Shown in pieces: positions 9,158-17,863 of a stretch of DNA of 32,000 nt. Where the stretch lies: positions 31,234-63,233 of the forward strand of contig NJBF01000028.1 in the NCBI GenBank assembly GCA_003144275.1, read 5' to 3'. Position 1 is the first letter of the stretch. Each line of letters starts with the position of its first letter. The notes under the pieces were generated by a model. That model did no database searches, was not told the origin of the DNA, and saw only the letters and a program-made list of their open reading frames with translations. The translations under genes were made by a program, and so were the position numbers. Source of the DNA: Candidatus Heimdallarchaeota archaeon B3_Heim (GTDB taxonomy: Archaea; Asgardarchaeota; Heimdallarchaeia; Hodarchaeales; Hodarchaeaceae).

Positions 9158-9937
9158 CTAGATACGCACTGTTGTCTCTAATCGGATTCCCTTTCGATCG
9201 ACTGTCATTGGGACGGATATTGGAAGAAGAACTGATTTCCAAGCTTTTTGTACGGAAAAATTAATAGAAATCTTTCCAGCCCCGACGCGCCCAAAAGAAA
9301 TATCAAAGACAAAATCAGCAATATGAGAGGCTAGTACCTCAATGTTTGGATCATGTAAATTCTTTACCATTAGTATAAAATGCAGTCCTGATCCTAAATC
9401 TCGAACGACGTATTTTAGTGTTTCGATTGCAATTGAGACACTTTCAATAGAATTTGTACGAAGTAATGAGGAGATAGAATGAATACAGGTACATACATCA
9501 TTGTATTGCATTATTTCAGGTATAAACCTTCTAGTGAAGAAACGAAGGGAATCTTGGGCATATCTATCCTCTAGATCAACCCCTGCGTCAGATTGGTATC
9601 CAATTACTGCGCCTTCTGCAGCTATTCTGGCCGAAAATGCGTCCATGAATTGCCATTTTTCCCCAGCAACAACGTACGGTTCAAGTTGAAAATTATAAAT
9701 GCCTAACTCCTCCACAATCTCGTTTGGCCTTCCATCATAATTTAGATAAACAACCTTTTCAGTAGCTCCTGTTTTTAGCATACTAAACAGAATTTGTTGA
9801 GTAAAAACTTCAAATTTTGTGCCAGGTTCTCCCAGAACGAGAATAACACTCTTGTTTGGTATACCAGGGTCATCTTCACCACCGAGAAACAGATCTATCG
9901 ATTGAACCCCAGTTCGAATAGTATTTTCTGATTTCAT
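9158..9937 (-). CDS. KaiC/RAD55-like RecA-superfamily protein with degenerate ATPase motifs
   Basis: IRTGVQSIDLFLGG...GIPNKSVILVLGEPG N-terminus; Walker A lacks GKT; Walker B reads IHS; GGTGA RBS at 9942-9946. Confidence 0.8.
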   Translation of the reverse strand: MKSENTIRTGVQSIDLFLGGEDDPGIPNKSVILVLGEPGTKFEVFTQQILFSMLKTGATEKVVYLNYDGRPNEIVEELGIYNFQLEPYVVAGEKWQFMDAFSARIAAEGAVIGYQSDAGVDLEDRYAQDSLRFFTRRFIPEIMQYNDVCTCIHSISSLLRTNSIESVSIAIETLKYVVRDLGSGLHFILMVKNLHDPNIEVLASHIADFVFDISFGRVGAGKISINFSVQKAWKSVLLPISVPMTVDRKGIRLETTVRI

Positions 9938-9962
9938 TTCTTCACCGAGAAACCCATAAACT

Positions 9963-9982
9963 AAAAAGATATATATCTTTTT
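9963..9982. promoter_or_regulatory. Perfect 20-bp palindrome with an AT core in a divergent promoter region
   Basis: AAAAAGATATATATCTTTTT between the divergent starts at 9937(-) and 10094(+). Confidence 0.45.
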
Positions 9983-10093
9983 GGAAATGATTAAAGGTCG
10001 TTATTTCTCTAACTTTACTGAATTTCCAATGTGCTACCTCTCGCGTTCCAATATCGTATAAACTGACAGAGATCTTGTGAAAAAGCTGAAAGA

Positions 10094-10876
10094 GTGATTA
10101 AAATGCATGATGTAGACCCCCTTGCCTTACCTTTCGAATTTCAAGGTACTGATGAAAATAAAAACATTAGTTGTCTATTATTACACTCTTTTACTGCCTC
10201 ACCAAGTGAAGTTCGTCCATTAGGCCTGTATCTTCGAAATAAAGGTTTTTCTGGGATTGCTCCCTTGCTTCCTGGTCATGGAAGTGTACCAGAAGATCTT
10301 GGAAACACCACATGGTTAGATTGGTATGCTGTCGCCCGTGATTCCTTATACTACTTGAAGGATTTATATTCACATGTTTTTGTTATTGGAGTTGCCCTTG
10401 GATCTGTACTCGCTACAATTTTGGCTGCTTCTCATCTTAGTGTAAGGATTAATGGTCTAATTTTAATTTCCCCAAGTCAGCATTCTCCCTCAACACTAGT
10501 GAAAAATATTCTTCCCTTTGTAAAATTCTTTAAGAAGGATTTTGCCATGGTTGAAGAGAATGTGAGTGACGATCTTCGTGACCAGGGGCAATTTTTCTAT
10601 TCCAAACGTCCTACTACAGCTCTAATTGAATTATACAGAGTAATTGGTTTTACTAATCATCGATTAGAAAATATTTTTCAACCTACTCTTGTTGTTAATA
10701 CCCAAACTGCTGAAGGATCAGTTGATTTCATTTTTGATAAACTTACCAACGCGAAAGAAAAGAGAAAGTACACGATGAACACTTCCTCTTTACGCTGGTA
10801 CTTAAATTCCTCAGAAGGAAAACCTGCTTTTAATGAAATTGCAGATTTTATGAAAAATACCATTAAAATAGGTTGA
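10094..10876 (+). CDS. Alpha/beta-hydrolase of the carboxylesterase (Est30/YvaK-like) type, nucleophile Ser replaced by Ala
   Basis: LLLHSFTASPSEVRPLG, APLLPGHGSVPEDL, TWLDW; elbow reads GVALG instead of GxSxG. Confidence 0.85.
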   Translation: MIKMHDVDPLALPFEFQGTDENKNISCLLLHSFTASPSEVRPLGLYLRNKGFSGIAPLLPGHGSVPEDLGNTTWLDWYAVARDSLYYLKDLYSHVFVIGVALGSVLATILAASHLSVRINGLILISPSQHSPSTLVKNILPFVKFFKKDFAMVEENVSDDLRDQGQFFYSKRPTTALIELYRVIGFTNHRLENIFQPTLVVNTQTAEGSVDFIFDKLTNAKEKRKYTMNTSSLRWYLNSSEGKPAFNEIADFMKNTIKIG

Positions 10877-10908
10877 AAAACTACAAATCGAAGAAAGATC
10901 TGTCCAAA

Positions 10909-12543
10909 TTAGCGATATCGCTTCGGTAAAACACGATAGAATATGCTGGCAATAGGTAAGCTAATCTTTAGGAACAGGTTCCAAGATAGGATTGGAAAGA
11001 AGCGTGGAATCCGCGTACTTTCAAGTTTTCCGGGATTAAAAATCTTATACGGATCCATTTTCTTTTTTAGTCTTTTGATTTTCCGTACATTTTCACCATC
11101 TTCTTTTTTTGGATAGGGACTGAGCCATAACCCACCGTTATTGTATGTTGAACCATTAACAGTCCAAGCAATACGAATTACTTGAAAAGTTCTGAACCAA
11201 TGGAACAAATAGGGTATAGAACCTAGAATTGGTAAAGAGCGTTTGCGTTGATCGGTGGGAAACCAAACCATAACCATGGAATTACGATTATTTAGCGCTA
11301 CTATTTCCACACTGTATTTTTCTTCCTGAAACCACTTACTTAAGTAGGCTAAAAAGCTTCTCAGAACGTCAGATGGAACAATGACTTCGCTAACAATTAA
11401 TGAAGGACCCCCTCTCTTTAATCGCAGAGTGTAGAATCGATCATCCCATAATTCTTGTGCAATATTAGTTGGCAAAATATCGTCTAATAATTCCGACCCT
11501 CTTTGAGAATCACTCCAATCTGTCTCTAAGAAGGTTGCTGAAATCATACCAGAATCAGCATTCTTTATGATCGATCCTAATTCCTCATCATTTGTGATCC
11601 ACTTGAGGCTAACTTGATCAATATATCGTAAATAGAAAGGATTCATGGTTTGGAGTAGGTTAAACTTTTCCAAACCAATTTCACGTGATTTTGGTTGGAT
11701 AGCAATATGATGTACGGGTATTTTTGGACGAACCTTCAAAGTTGCTTTCCAAATTACTCCTATAGTTCCAAAATTTCCTATAAAATCTGAAGGGTTATCT
11801 AAAACGAAAACTTCCCCATTAGTCCCTATTATTGATACAGAATGAACACTTTGAGTAATATCCCCAAATTTACTACTGCCAATCCCATATCCACCAGAGG
11901 CTATCCAGCCCCCAATAGATGATGAAGGAGCCGAGGAAGGATAAGTGTAGAGGTCATACCCGTTTTTCTCTAAGAATTCTCTTAATCGTCTCCAAGTTAT
12001 ACCTGTTTCAACTTCTACAGTGTTTGTTTCTGTATTCACAGATAAAATTTCCTTAATCTGAGTGAAAATAAGTATAATTCCATTTTGGGTAGGTAAAGCT
12101 CCCCCATATCCACCTGTTCCTGCTCCTCGAGGTATTAAAGGAATAGCAAATTCTTCACACAACCTAATGATTGCTTTTACTTCCTGATGATCTTTAGGTT
12201 GCACTACGGCCAAAACATCGAAATCGTATAATATCTTACCAAGTTTTGGAAGATCTGCTACATCTCGGGAATATAATAATCTTTCAAACTTCTTACGATA
12301 AACTCGTAATCCTTCAGATTGCAGGTGATCTAATCGTCTATGAATCAAAGTTCTTTCTGTTCTTAACCGAGAGAAATAGATTATTATACCTGAACCACCT
12401 AGAACTGTTACCATAATTGTGATTACCCATAAAATATTTACAAAGGATGGATCTAGGTTAATTAGTCTAGTTATAAGAAACATACCAGCACAGATAAGCA
12501 AAACGGTAATTATCTGTGTAATAATCTTATCGTATGTGTGCAT
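10909..12543 (-). CDS. FAD-binding oxidoreductase (GlcD/VAO-PCMH type) with an N-terminal two-helix membrane anchor
   Basis: IPRGAGTGGYGG, SSIGGWIASGGYG, GTIGVI and DPYKIFNPGK motifs; two hydrophobic helices in the first ~57 aa. Confidence 0.88.
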   Translation of the reverse strand: MHTYDKIITQIITVLLICAGMFLITRLINLDPSFVNILWVITIMVTVLGGSGIIIYFSRLRTERTLIHRRLDHLQSEGLRVYRKKFERLLYSRDVADLPKLGKILYDFDVLAVVQPKDHQEVKAIIRLCEEFAIPLIPRGAGTGGYGGALPTQNGIILIFTQIKEILSVNTETNTVEVETGITWRRLREFLEKNGYDLYTYPSSAPSSSIGGWIASGGYGIGSSKFGDITQSVHSVSIIGTNGEVFVLDNPSDFIGNFGTIGVIWKATLKVRPKIPVHHIAIQPKSREIGLEKFNLLQTMNPFYLRYIDQVSLKWITNDEELGSIIKNADSGMISATFLETDWSDSQRGSELLDDILPTNIAQELWDDRFYTLRLKRGGPSLIVSEVIVPSDVLRSFLAYLSKWFQEEKYSVEIVALNNRNSMVMVWFPTDQRKRSLPILGSIPYLFHWFRTFQVIRIAWTVNGSTYNNGGLWLSPYPKKEDGENVRKIKRLKKKMDPYKIFNPGKLESTRIPRFFPILSWNLFLKISLPIASIFYRVLPKRYR

Positions 12544-12714
12544 ACAACTCCAGCAGTTTTTTTTTATGTTAGAAGTTTATTAAAAAGTTATTGTACAAAG
12601 AATTTTTGAGTAGATGAAGACAAAGTCTCTTCAATCGAATGGATGAAGGCACACCTCCTAATAGTTCCCTTATGTTTGAATTACTTGATTAATTGACTGG
12701 AGCGCTTATTAAAA

Positions 12715-13356
12715 GTGGCAAACAAAGAGATAAAATATATCTTATTTGATTTTGACGGAACTCTAATTGATAGTATGCCTTTCTTGGAAAAAAATGCTGT
12801 AACATTGTTAATGCGACATTTCTCTTACTCAGAACAGGAAGCACAGACTAAATATCGAGAAACAACTGGTTTACCTTTTATTCAACAGATGGAGATCATT
12901 GCCCCAAACCATACTCAAAATTCTACAATTGTTGATGAATTTGAAAAAATGAAACTGGAGCTTATATATGAACAGCATCCATTCAACGATGCATTGGCAG
13001 TATTACAAAGGTTGAAGGAACAAGGTTACTTATTAGGTATATCTAGTGGCACGATTGAATCAATTATCACTACTTACCTAAAAAAAATAGATTTTGATTT
13101 GGTAAATGATATTCTAGGGTTTAGACAAGGATTCGAGAAGGGTGCTGACCATTTCAATTATGTCATGAAGAATCATTCACTTTCCCAATCACAAATCTTA
13201 TTTGTCGGTGATTCCTTACATGACGCGAAACGCGCAAAAGACAATCAAATTACATTTATTGGACGAATTGGAATGTTTACAAAATCGCATTTTGAAAATG
13301 TAATTCCCAATTGTCCTATCATCCACAAATTAAATGAGATCTTCAATCGATTATAA
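12715..13356 (+). CDS. HAD-superfamily phosphatase
   Basis: Motif I FDFDGT, II ISSG, III EKG, IV VGDSLHD. Confidence 0.9.
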   Translation: MANKEIKYILFDFDGTLIDSMPFLEKNAVTLLMRHFSYSEQEAQTKYRETTGLPFIQQMEIIAPNHTQNSTIVDEFEKMKLELIYEQHPFNDALAVLQRLKEQGYLLGISSGTIESIITTYLKKIDFDLVNDILGFRQGFEKGADHFNYVMKNHSLSQSQILFVGDSLHDAKRAKDNQITFIGRIGMFTKSHFENVIPNCPIIHKLNEIFNRL

Positions 13357-13362
13357 GAAAAT

Positions 13363-13821
13363 GTGATAATTATGGACCTAAGTGCGAAATATCTCTATGG
13401 ATCGGGTTTTCTAATAGGAGTATGGTTTATTGTATCCATATTTTCGATTAATTCTTCGTTGTTATTTAGTGACATCACTTCATCATACTATTATTTATTT
13501 TTCACCGCAGGGCCTCTTCCCTTCATTCTGATTGGATTATCCATTTCCACCATGGGAATATATTTCTATGTTCTTTTATTCACAAAAGAACGAATTAGAG
13601 GATTAAACTTAGAGTTTGAAGCATCTCCTGATCTGAAAACATTCCGTGTAGTTAAAGATCATTCGCCCAATCGACTTACGAAGAAAGAAATCCCAGACAC
13701 CGCCTATTGTGGCGCATGTGGTCGTGAGGTTCACAAACCCTTTCGATGTGCAGCTTGTGGACAATTGTTGTGTGCTACACACATATTAGCAGGTGATCAT
13801 CGTTGTAAGGAGGGAATTTAA
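13363..13821 (+). CDS. Membrane protein with a C-terminal AN1-type zinc finger
   Basis: Hydrophobic N-terminal helices, then C-x2-C-x9-C-x2-C-x4-C-x2-H-x5-H-x-C at 13708-13806, an exact AN1 consensus. Confidence 0.85.
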   Translation: MIIMDLSAKYLYGSGFLIGVWFIVSIFSINSSLLFSDITSSYYYLFFTAGPLPFILIGLSISTMGIYFYVLLFTKERIRGLNLEFEASPDLKTFRVVKDHSPNRLTKKEIPDTAYCGACGREVHKPFRCAACGQLLCATHILAGDHRCKEGI

Positions 13822-14493
13822 TTGGCAGAAGAACCCGAGTGGAAAAAAGGACTAGAAAAACGAAATTTATTAGATAAGTTGAACCTATCCGTGCAGGAAC
13901 TCTCGGAGTTAGGTATAGGGTGGTTAATAATGGCGGCCATACTTATATATCTCAGAAGAGATAGGCTCTCAGGAAGTCTGTTTGAATTTGAAATTTTCTT
14001 ACTAGTCTTACTGGTCAGCTTTTTCACGCACGAATTAATGCATAAATTTACTGCTATTCGATTTGGAGCTCGTGCATACTTCCGGATATCAAAAGAAGGA
14101 TTAATAATAACACTTCTATCTGTTATTATTGGATTTCCTATGCTTGCGGTAGGTGCAGTATTTTGGTGGGGAGAAGCGGCATCCTCTGTTGGTATAAGAG
14201 GTCGTGTTTCGGCAGCGGGCCCAATATCGAATTTGATACTGATCGGATTTTCATATATGCTTGTCGGTATAGGTTTCGCCATTCTACCTTCTAACCTAGA
14301 ATTAGCATCTATTGTTCTACAAGTGGGGATAACGGGTGTATCATTAAATATTTTCATCGGACTCTTCAATCTTTTACCACTTGGTGTATTTGATGGTGCT
14401 AAAGTACTAGATTGGGATGGAAGAATTTGGATTGCTCTTATTGGATTATTCTTATTCTTTGGTTTCATTGGTGGTGGTTTTGGATTATTCTAA
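13822..14493 (+). CDS. M50-family (site-2-protease-like) intramembrane zinc metalloprotease
   Basis: HELMH at 14029-14043, SAAGPISN, NLLPLGVFDG; TTG start directly after the previous stop. Confidence 0.9.
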   Translation: MAEEPEWKKGLEKRNLLDKLNLSVQELSELGIGWLIMAAILIYLRRDRLSGSLFEFEIFLLVLLVSFFTHELMHKFTAIRFGARAYFRISKEGLIITLLSVIIGFPMLAVGAVFWWGEAASSVGIRGRVSAAGPISNLILIGFSYMLVGIGFAILPSNLELASIVLQVGITGVSLNIFIGLFNLLPLGVFDGAKVLDWDGRIWIALIGLFLFFGFIGGGFGLF

Positions 14494-14538
14494 CTTTTCA
14501 CTGCCTTCAATTTGGTCCTCAACTAGAATCTGACAAAA

Positions 14539-15990
14539 TCATTCGATAATAGAAGACCAGGGATAACGTTTGGCTATTTCTGAAAGCAATCGATCTACTT
14601 TTTTCTCCTCAAATGTATCTCGATAACACAATGTAAGAACTGTTCCACCACGAGTTCGTTTCATTCGCTGATACATAGTTTTAACGGTATTCACAACATC
14701 ATACACGATTAGTAAGTCTGCTTGCGGAATATCTATATCTCGTTCTCCCACACCTGTCATAATTAGAATAGTATTTCCCCTTTTCGTTGAATGACTTTTG
14801 AAGGCATTTAAAACTTCAGCTTTCTCCCGTACCTCGCCTGTAACTAAGAATGGGGTGAATCCTTTAGCTCTGACTTTCTCCACAAGTAAATGAGCGGTAT
14901 CAAGATAGGAACAAAGGACGACAGTCTTTGAAGATACTGATCGTTCCGCAAGAAGTTGTAATATACGTTTAACTTTCGCATTCGTTTTAGGAATTGCATG
15001 AATCATCTGTTTCTCAATTCCAAATTTCTTAAGTCGATAGAGAAATTTCTTATATTTATCCACTTGCATTGAAACTGCGTATTTACGCGTTAAAAGTAAA
15101 CCATTATACTTCTGAGTGTCATTTGCTTCCAGCATTCCAGATACTAGCGCAAGCTGGGAAATAGGAATCATTTCGAGGAGAGTAGGATTTTCAGCTTTTT
15201 GCTCTTCTAAAATAGCCTCTCTAAGCCCTTTAATCGCTTCATCAATATACTCTAGAATTGTACGTAATGCTTCGCTTGGTTGGACTAAATCCTTTTTAAT
15301 CTGAGTATACTGGATGTATGAATCAACATCTGTTTCTGCCATTAATTCGTCCATGGAAATGATTTCCAGATCAGGGATTCGTCTATCTAGAGTAATTTTC
15401 TCATCACGGATTTTAATTTGATCTTGTTGACGATCATAGAAAATGTGAGAATCACGAAGGGTTCCAGTCATGCCAACAATCCATGCATCTTGGACAAAAT
15501 ATGGAATTAATGTGTTGTATGGGAATACTAATAATCTTGAATCTCCTTGACGTCTAACAATTTTATCCACTTCATTTATAATAACCGCATCAAATTTAGG
15601 TCTATTTAAAGGGATTTTCTCGAACACATTAGCAAAAGTTTGAGGGGTTGAAGCAACAATTCTAGCCTCAGTGATTATTCGCTTTCGTAGCCAAGTAGGA
15701 GTTCGGGAAGAGAATGATTGGAACTCACTGCCCTTGAAACCTCCGTATTCTTTTTCAAAATAGTGGATAGTTTCTAAATAGCTTGTAGTGGAGTGTAAAA
15801 GTAACAAGACTCTATGAGTGGGTAAGATCTCTTTGATAAGAAGATAAGTTAATACTCTCTTACCCAAGCCTGTGTCTACTTCAGCTATACAATGAATTTT
15901 TCTGTCAAAATTCTTTTTCAACCGTTTGAGAATGACAGATTGATATTCTCGCAGTTGAATCACGGTTTGGGGGGAGTTATTATCGTCCAA
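14539..15990 (-). CDS. Hef/FANCM-like SF2 helicase homologue, degenerate, no nuclease domain
   Basis: Motif I DTGLGKR, IVASTPQT, motif II INEVD, III GMTGT, V TGVGERDIDIPQADLLIVYD, VI YQRMKRT. Confidence 0.75.
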   Translation of the reverse strand: MDDNNSPQTVIQLREYQSVILKRLKKNFDRKIHCIAEVDTGLGKRVLTYLLIKEILPTHRVLLLLHSTTSYLETIHYFEKEYGGFKGSEFQSFSSRTPTWLRKRIITEARIVASTPQTFANVFEKIPLNRPKFDAVIINEVDKIVRRQGDSRLLVFPYNTLIPYFVQDAWIVGMTGTLRDSHIFYDRQQDQIKIRDEKITLDRRIPDLEIISMDELMAETDVDSYIQYTQIKKDLVQPSEALRTILEYIDEAIKGLREAILEEQKAENPTLLEMIPISQLALVSGMLEANDTQKYNGLLLTRKYAVSMQVDKYKKFLYRLKKFGIEKQMIHAIPKTNAKVKRILQLLAERSVSSKTVVLCSYLDTAHLLVEKVRAKGFTPFLVTGEVREKAEVLNAFKSHSTKRGNTILIMTGVGERDIDIPQADLLIVYDVVNTVKTMYQRMKRTRGGTVLTLCYRDTFEEKKVDRLLSEIAKRYPWSSIIE

Positions 15991-16109
15991 CTTGTATAAG
16001 AGATTTCTTATCCACTTTTTTGTATTCTTTGATGTTTCTGGTATTTTATCGAACTACTAAAAAAATTAACTCGTTTGAACAAATTATGTCTTAAATAGGT
16101 GTTATAGTT

Positions 16110-17051
16110 ATGGAAAGAAGAGTATTCTGGGGTTATTTAGTAACAATTGCTGCAGGACTCTCGTTTGGATTCATCCCAATCATAGTTGCGCTCCTTCGAG
16201 ACTTAGACGTTTCTATCCTTGAACAGACATTTCTTAGATTATTTTTCGGGGGTATTACTGGATTTCTCGGTTTAATGGGATATATAAAATGGAAAAGAGA
16301 GGAATTCGACCTCGGGATCAGAAAAGAGGTCCAAAAAACGTATATCTGGCAAGGACTAATTTTTACAATTGCAATCATGGTGTACATTGGATCTATTATC
16401 CTCGATACACCTGTTGGAGAAGCAGCTCTTCTTATTCAGGTTCATCCTCTCGTAACACTAATTTTAGGTGCTCTCCTCTTAAACGAAATAGTAGATAGAA
16501 GAAAAATATACTCTCTGGTACTTGGATTTACGGGTTTAATTCTCCTTACCCGTCCATGGGAATGGGAGGAATTTTTCTCTTCATTTCTCGGAGACTTTTT
16601 AGCAACTCTAAATGGGGTATTATACGCCATTTATCTTGTAATCGGTGCATCAAGTGTGAAAGTTCGTGCAAAAATACCCCCTTCTTTGTCTATATTCTGG
16701 GTATTAGTCTGGGGGTTTGTTTGGGGAATAATGATTATCGTGATTCTATATTTACTTCCTCTTAATTCCGAATTCTTATCTTTCAATCTACAAAGCCTAA
16801 CTCTAACATCCGTATTAGTCTTAGGAGTGTTTTTAGCTATCCTAGGGAGTATCTTACCATATGGTTTAATCATGCTTTCGAATAAATATGAGGTTGAATC
16901 ATCAATCCAATCAATACTTCTCTTGGGAGAACCAATTGCAGCCATAATTCTTGGTTATTTAATTTTAACCGAACCTATTACATCGTGGTATTTAATCGGA
17001 GGATTTTTTCTACTCCTTGCGATCATTAATATTCTTTCCACAGCAAACTAG
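16110..17051 (+). CDS. EamA/DMT-family transporter
   Basis: About 10 TM segments in two repeats; LRLFFG, VGEAALL...P, EPIAAIILGYLIL.EPIT. Confidence 0.9.
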   Translation: MERRVFWGYLVTIAAGLSFGFIPIIVALLRDLDVSILEQTFLRLFFGGITGFLGLMGYIKWKREEFDLGIRKEVQKTYIWQGLIFTIAIMVYIGSIILDTPVGEAALLIQVHPLVTLILGALLLNEIVDRRKIYSLVLGFTGLILLTRPWEWEEFFSSFLGDFLATLNGVLYAIYLVIGASSVKVRAKIPPSLSIFWVLVWGFVWGIMIIVILYLLPLNSEFLSFNLQSLTLTSVLVLGVFLAILGSILPYGLIMLSNKYEVESSIQSILLLGEPIAAIILGYLILTEPITSWYLIGGFFLLLAIINILSTAN

Positions 17052-17074
17052 CAAATGAATAACAATAGCGCTAT

Positions 17075-17863
17075 TTAAGACGGTTTACGGGCATATGCAT
17101 AAAAAACAGGCATAAAAGACATCATTTCTGATGGTTTAGTTAGTGATATGCTTTGTTGGAGATCTTTCAACTTTGATCTTAATTTTCCTGGAAGAAACAA
17201 TTTTAAGGAGTTAATTTCGTCATTGTACATCTCTTTTACAATATCAGAGATTTGAACGACTGATTGAAGTCCGACTGTTGCCTGAAGTCCAGCTAGAGAA
17301 AACAATTGAGGTAATTTTCTACCTACATTTGGATCCGATGCAGAGAGAGAAGAACATAGCAGTTCCTTCCATTCTTCACCATATGGATGATCTATTCGTC
17401 CACCATAATCGGGTTCAGCCAAACAAGCGATCCATCCACCTGGTTTGGTTACGCGATAGAATTCTTTAATCAGCTGAACTGGATTGTCGAGCCATAAAAG
17501 AAGGTAATTACACAATGTTACATCAAAAACATCATTTTGGATTGGTAGTTTGTTCCCGTCGCCTTGAACGAGTGATGAATGATTATTTTTCCTACAATAT
17601 CCTAAAGCTATGGGATTAAAATCAATTCCAAGAATATCTGCCTTACTTAGAAGATCATTTAGCTCTTGGAGTAGTGCCCCTGTTCCTGAGCCAACTTCTA
17701 GGATTTTTTCAGCCTTGAGTAAATTTATTCTCCTATAAAGATAGTTTCTTGTAGATTTAGTCCAGCTGAGTTGTCTCCTGTACAAATTATCAAAAAAAGA
17801 CGCCTTTTCGGTAGAGAGAAGGATATCATTTGGTGTTAATCGTTCGCTTTGCTTTCGGGACAT
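17075..17863 (-). CDS. Class I SAM-dependent methyltransferase, last gene of the rSAM operon
   Basis: ILEVGSGTG, GDGNKLP...FDVTLC, KPGG.IACLAEPDYGG. ATG 17863 has GGAGG at 17871-17875, so the track start at 17908 is probably over-extended. Confidence 0.88.
   Translation of the reverse strand: MSRKQSERLTPNDILLSTEKASFFDNLYRRQLSWTKSTRNYLYRRINLLKAEKILEVGSGTGALLQELNDLLSKADILGIDFNPIALGYCRKNNHSSLVQGDGNKLPIQNDVFDVTLCNYLLLWLDNPVQLIKEFYRVTKPGGWIACLAEPDYGGRIDHPYGEEWKELLCSSLSASDPNVGRKLPQLFSLAGLQATVGLQSVVQISDIVKEMYNDEINSLKLFLPGKLRSKLKDLQQSISLTKPSEMMSFMPVFYAYARKPS

Noticed and set aside
13818-14468. 216-aa antisense ORF
   Set aside because: Shadow of the M50 protease, which has clear catalytic motifs
16110-17051. 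EamA transporter as exporter for the rSAM product
   Set aside because: Convergent orientation, a generic family with a second copy at 28562, and no specific link
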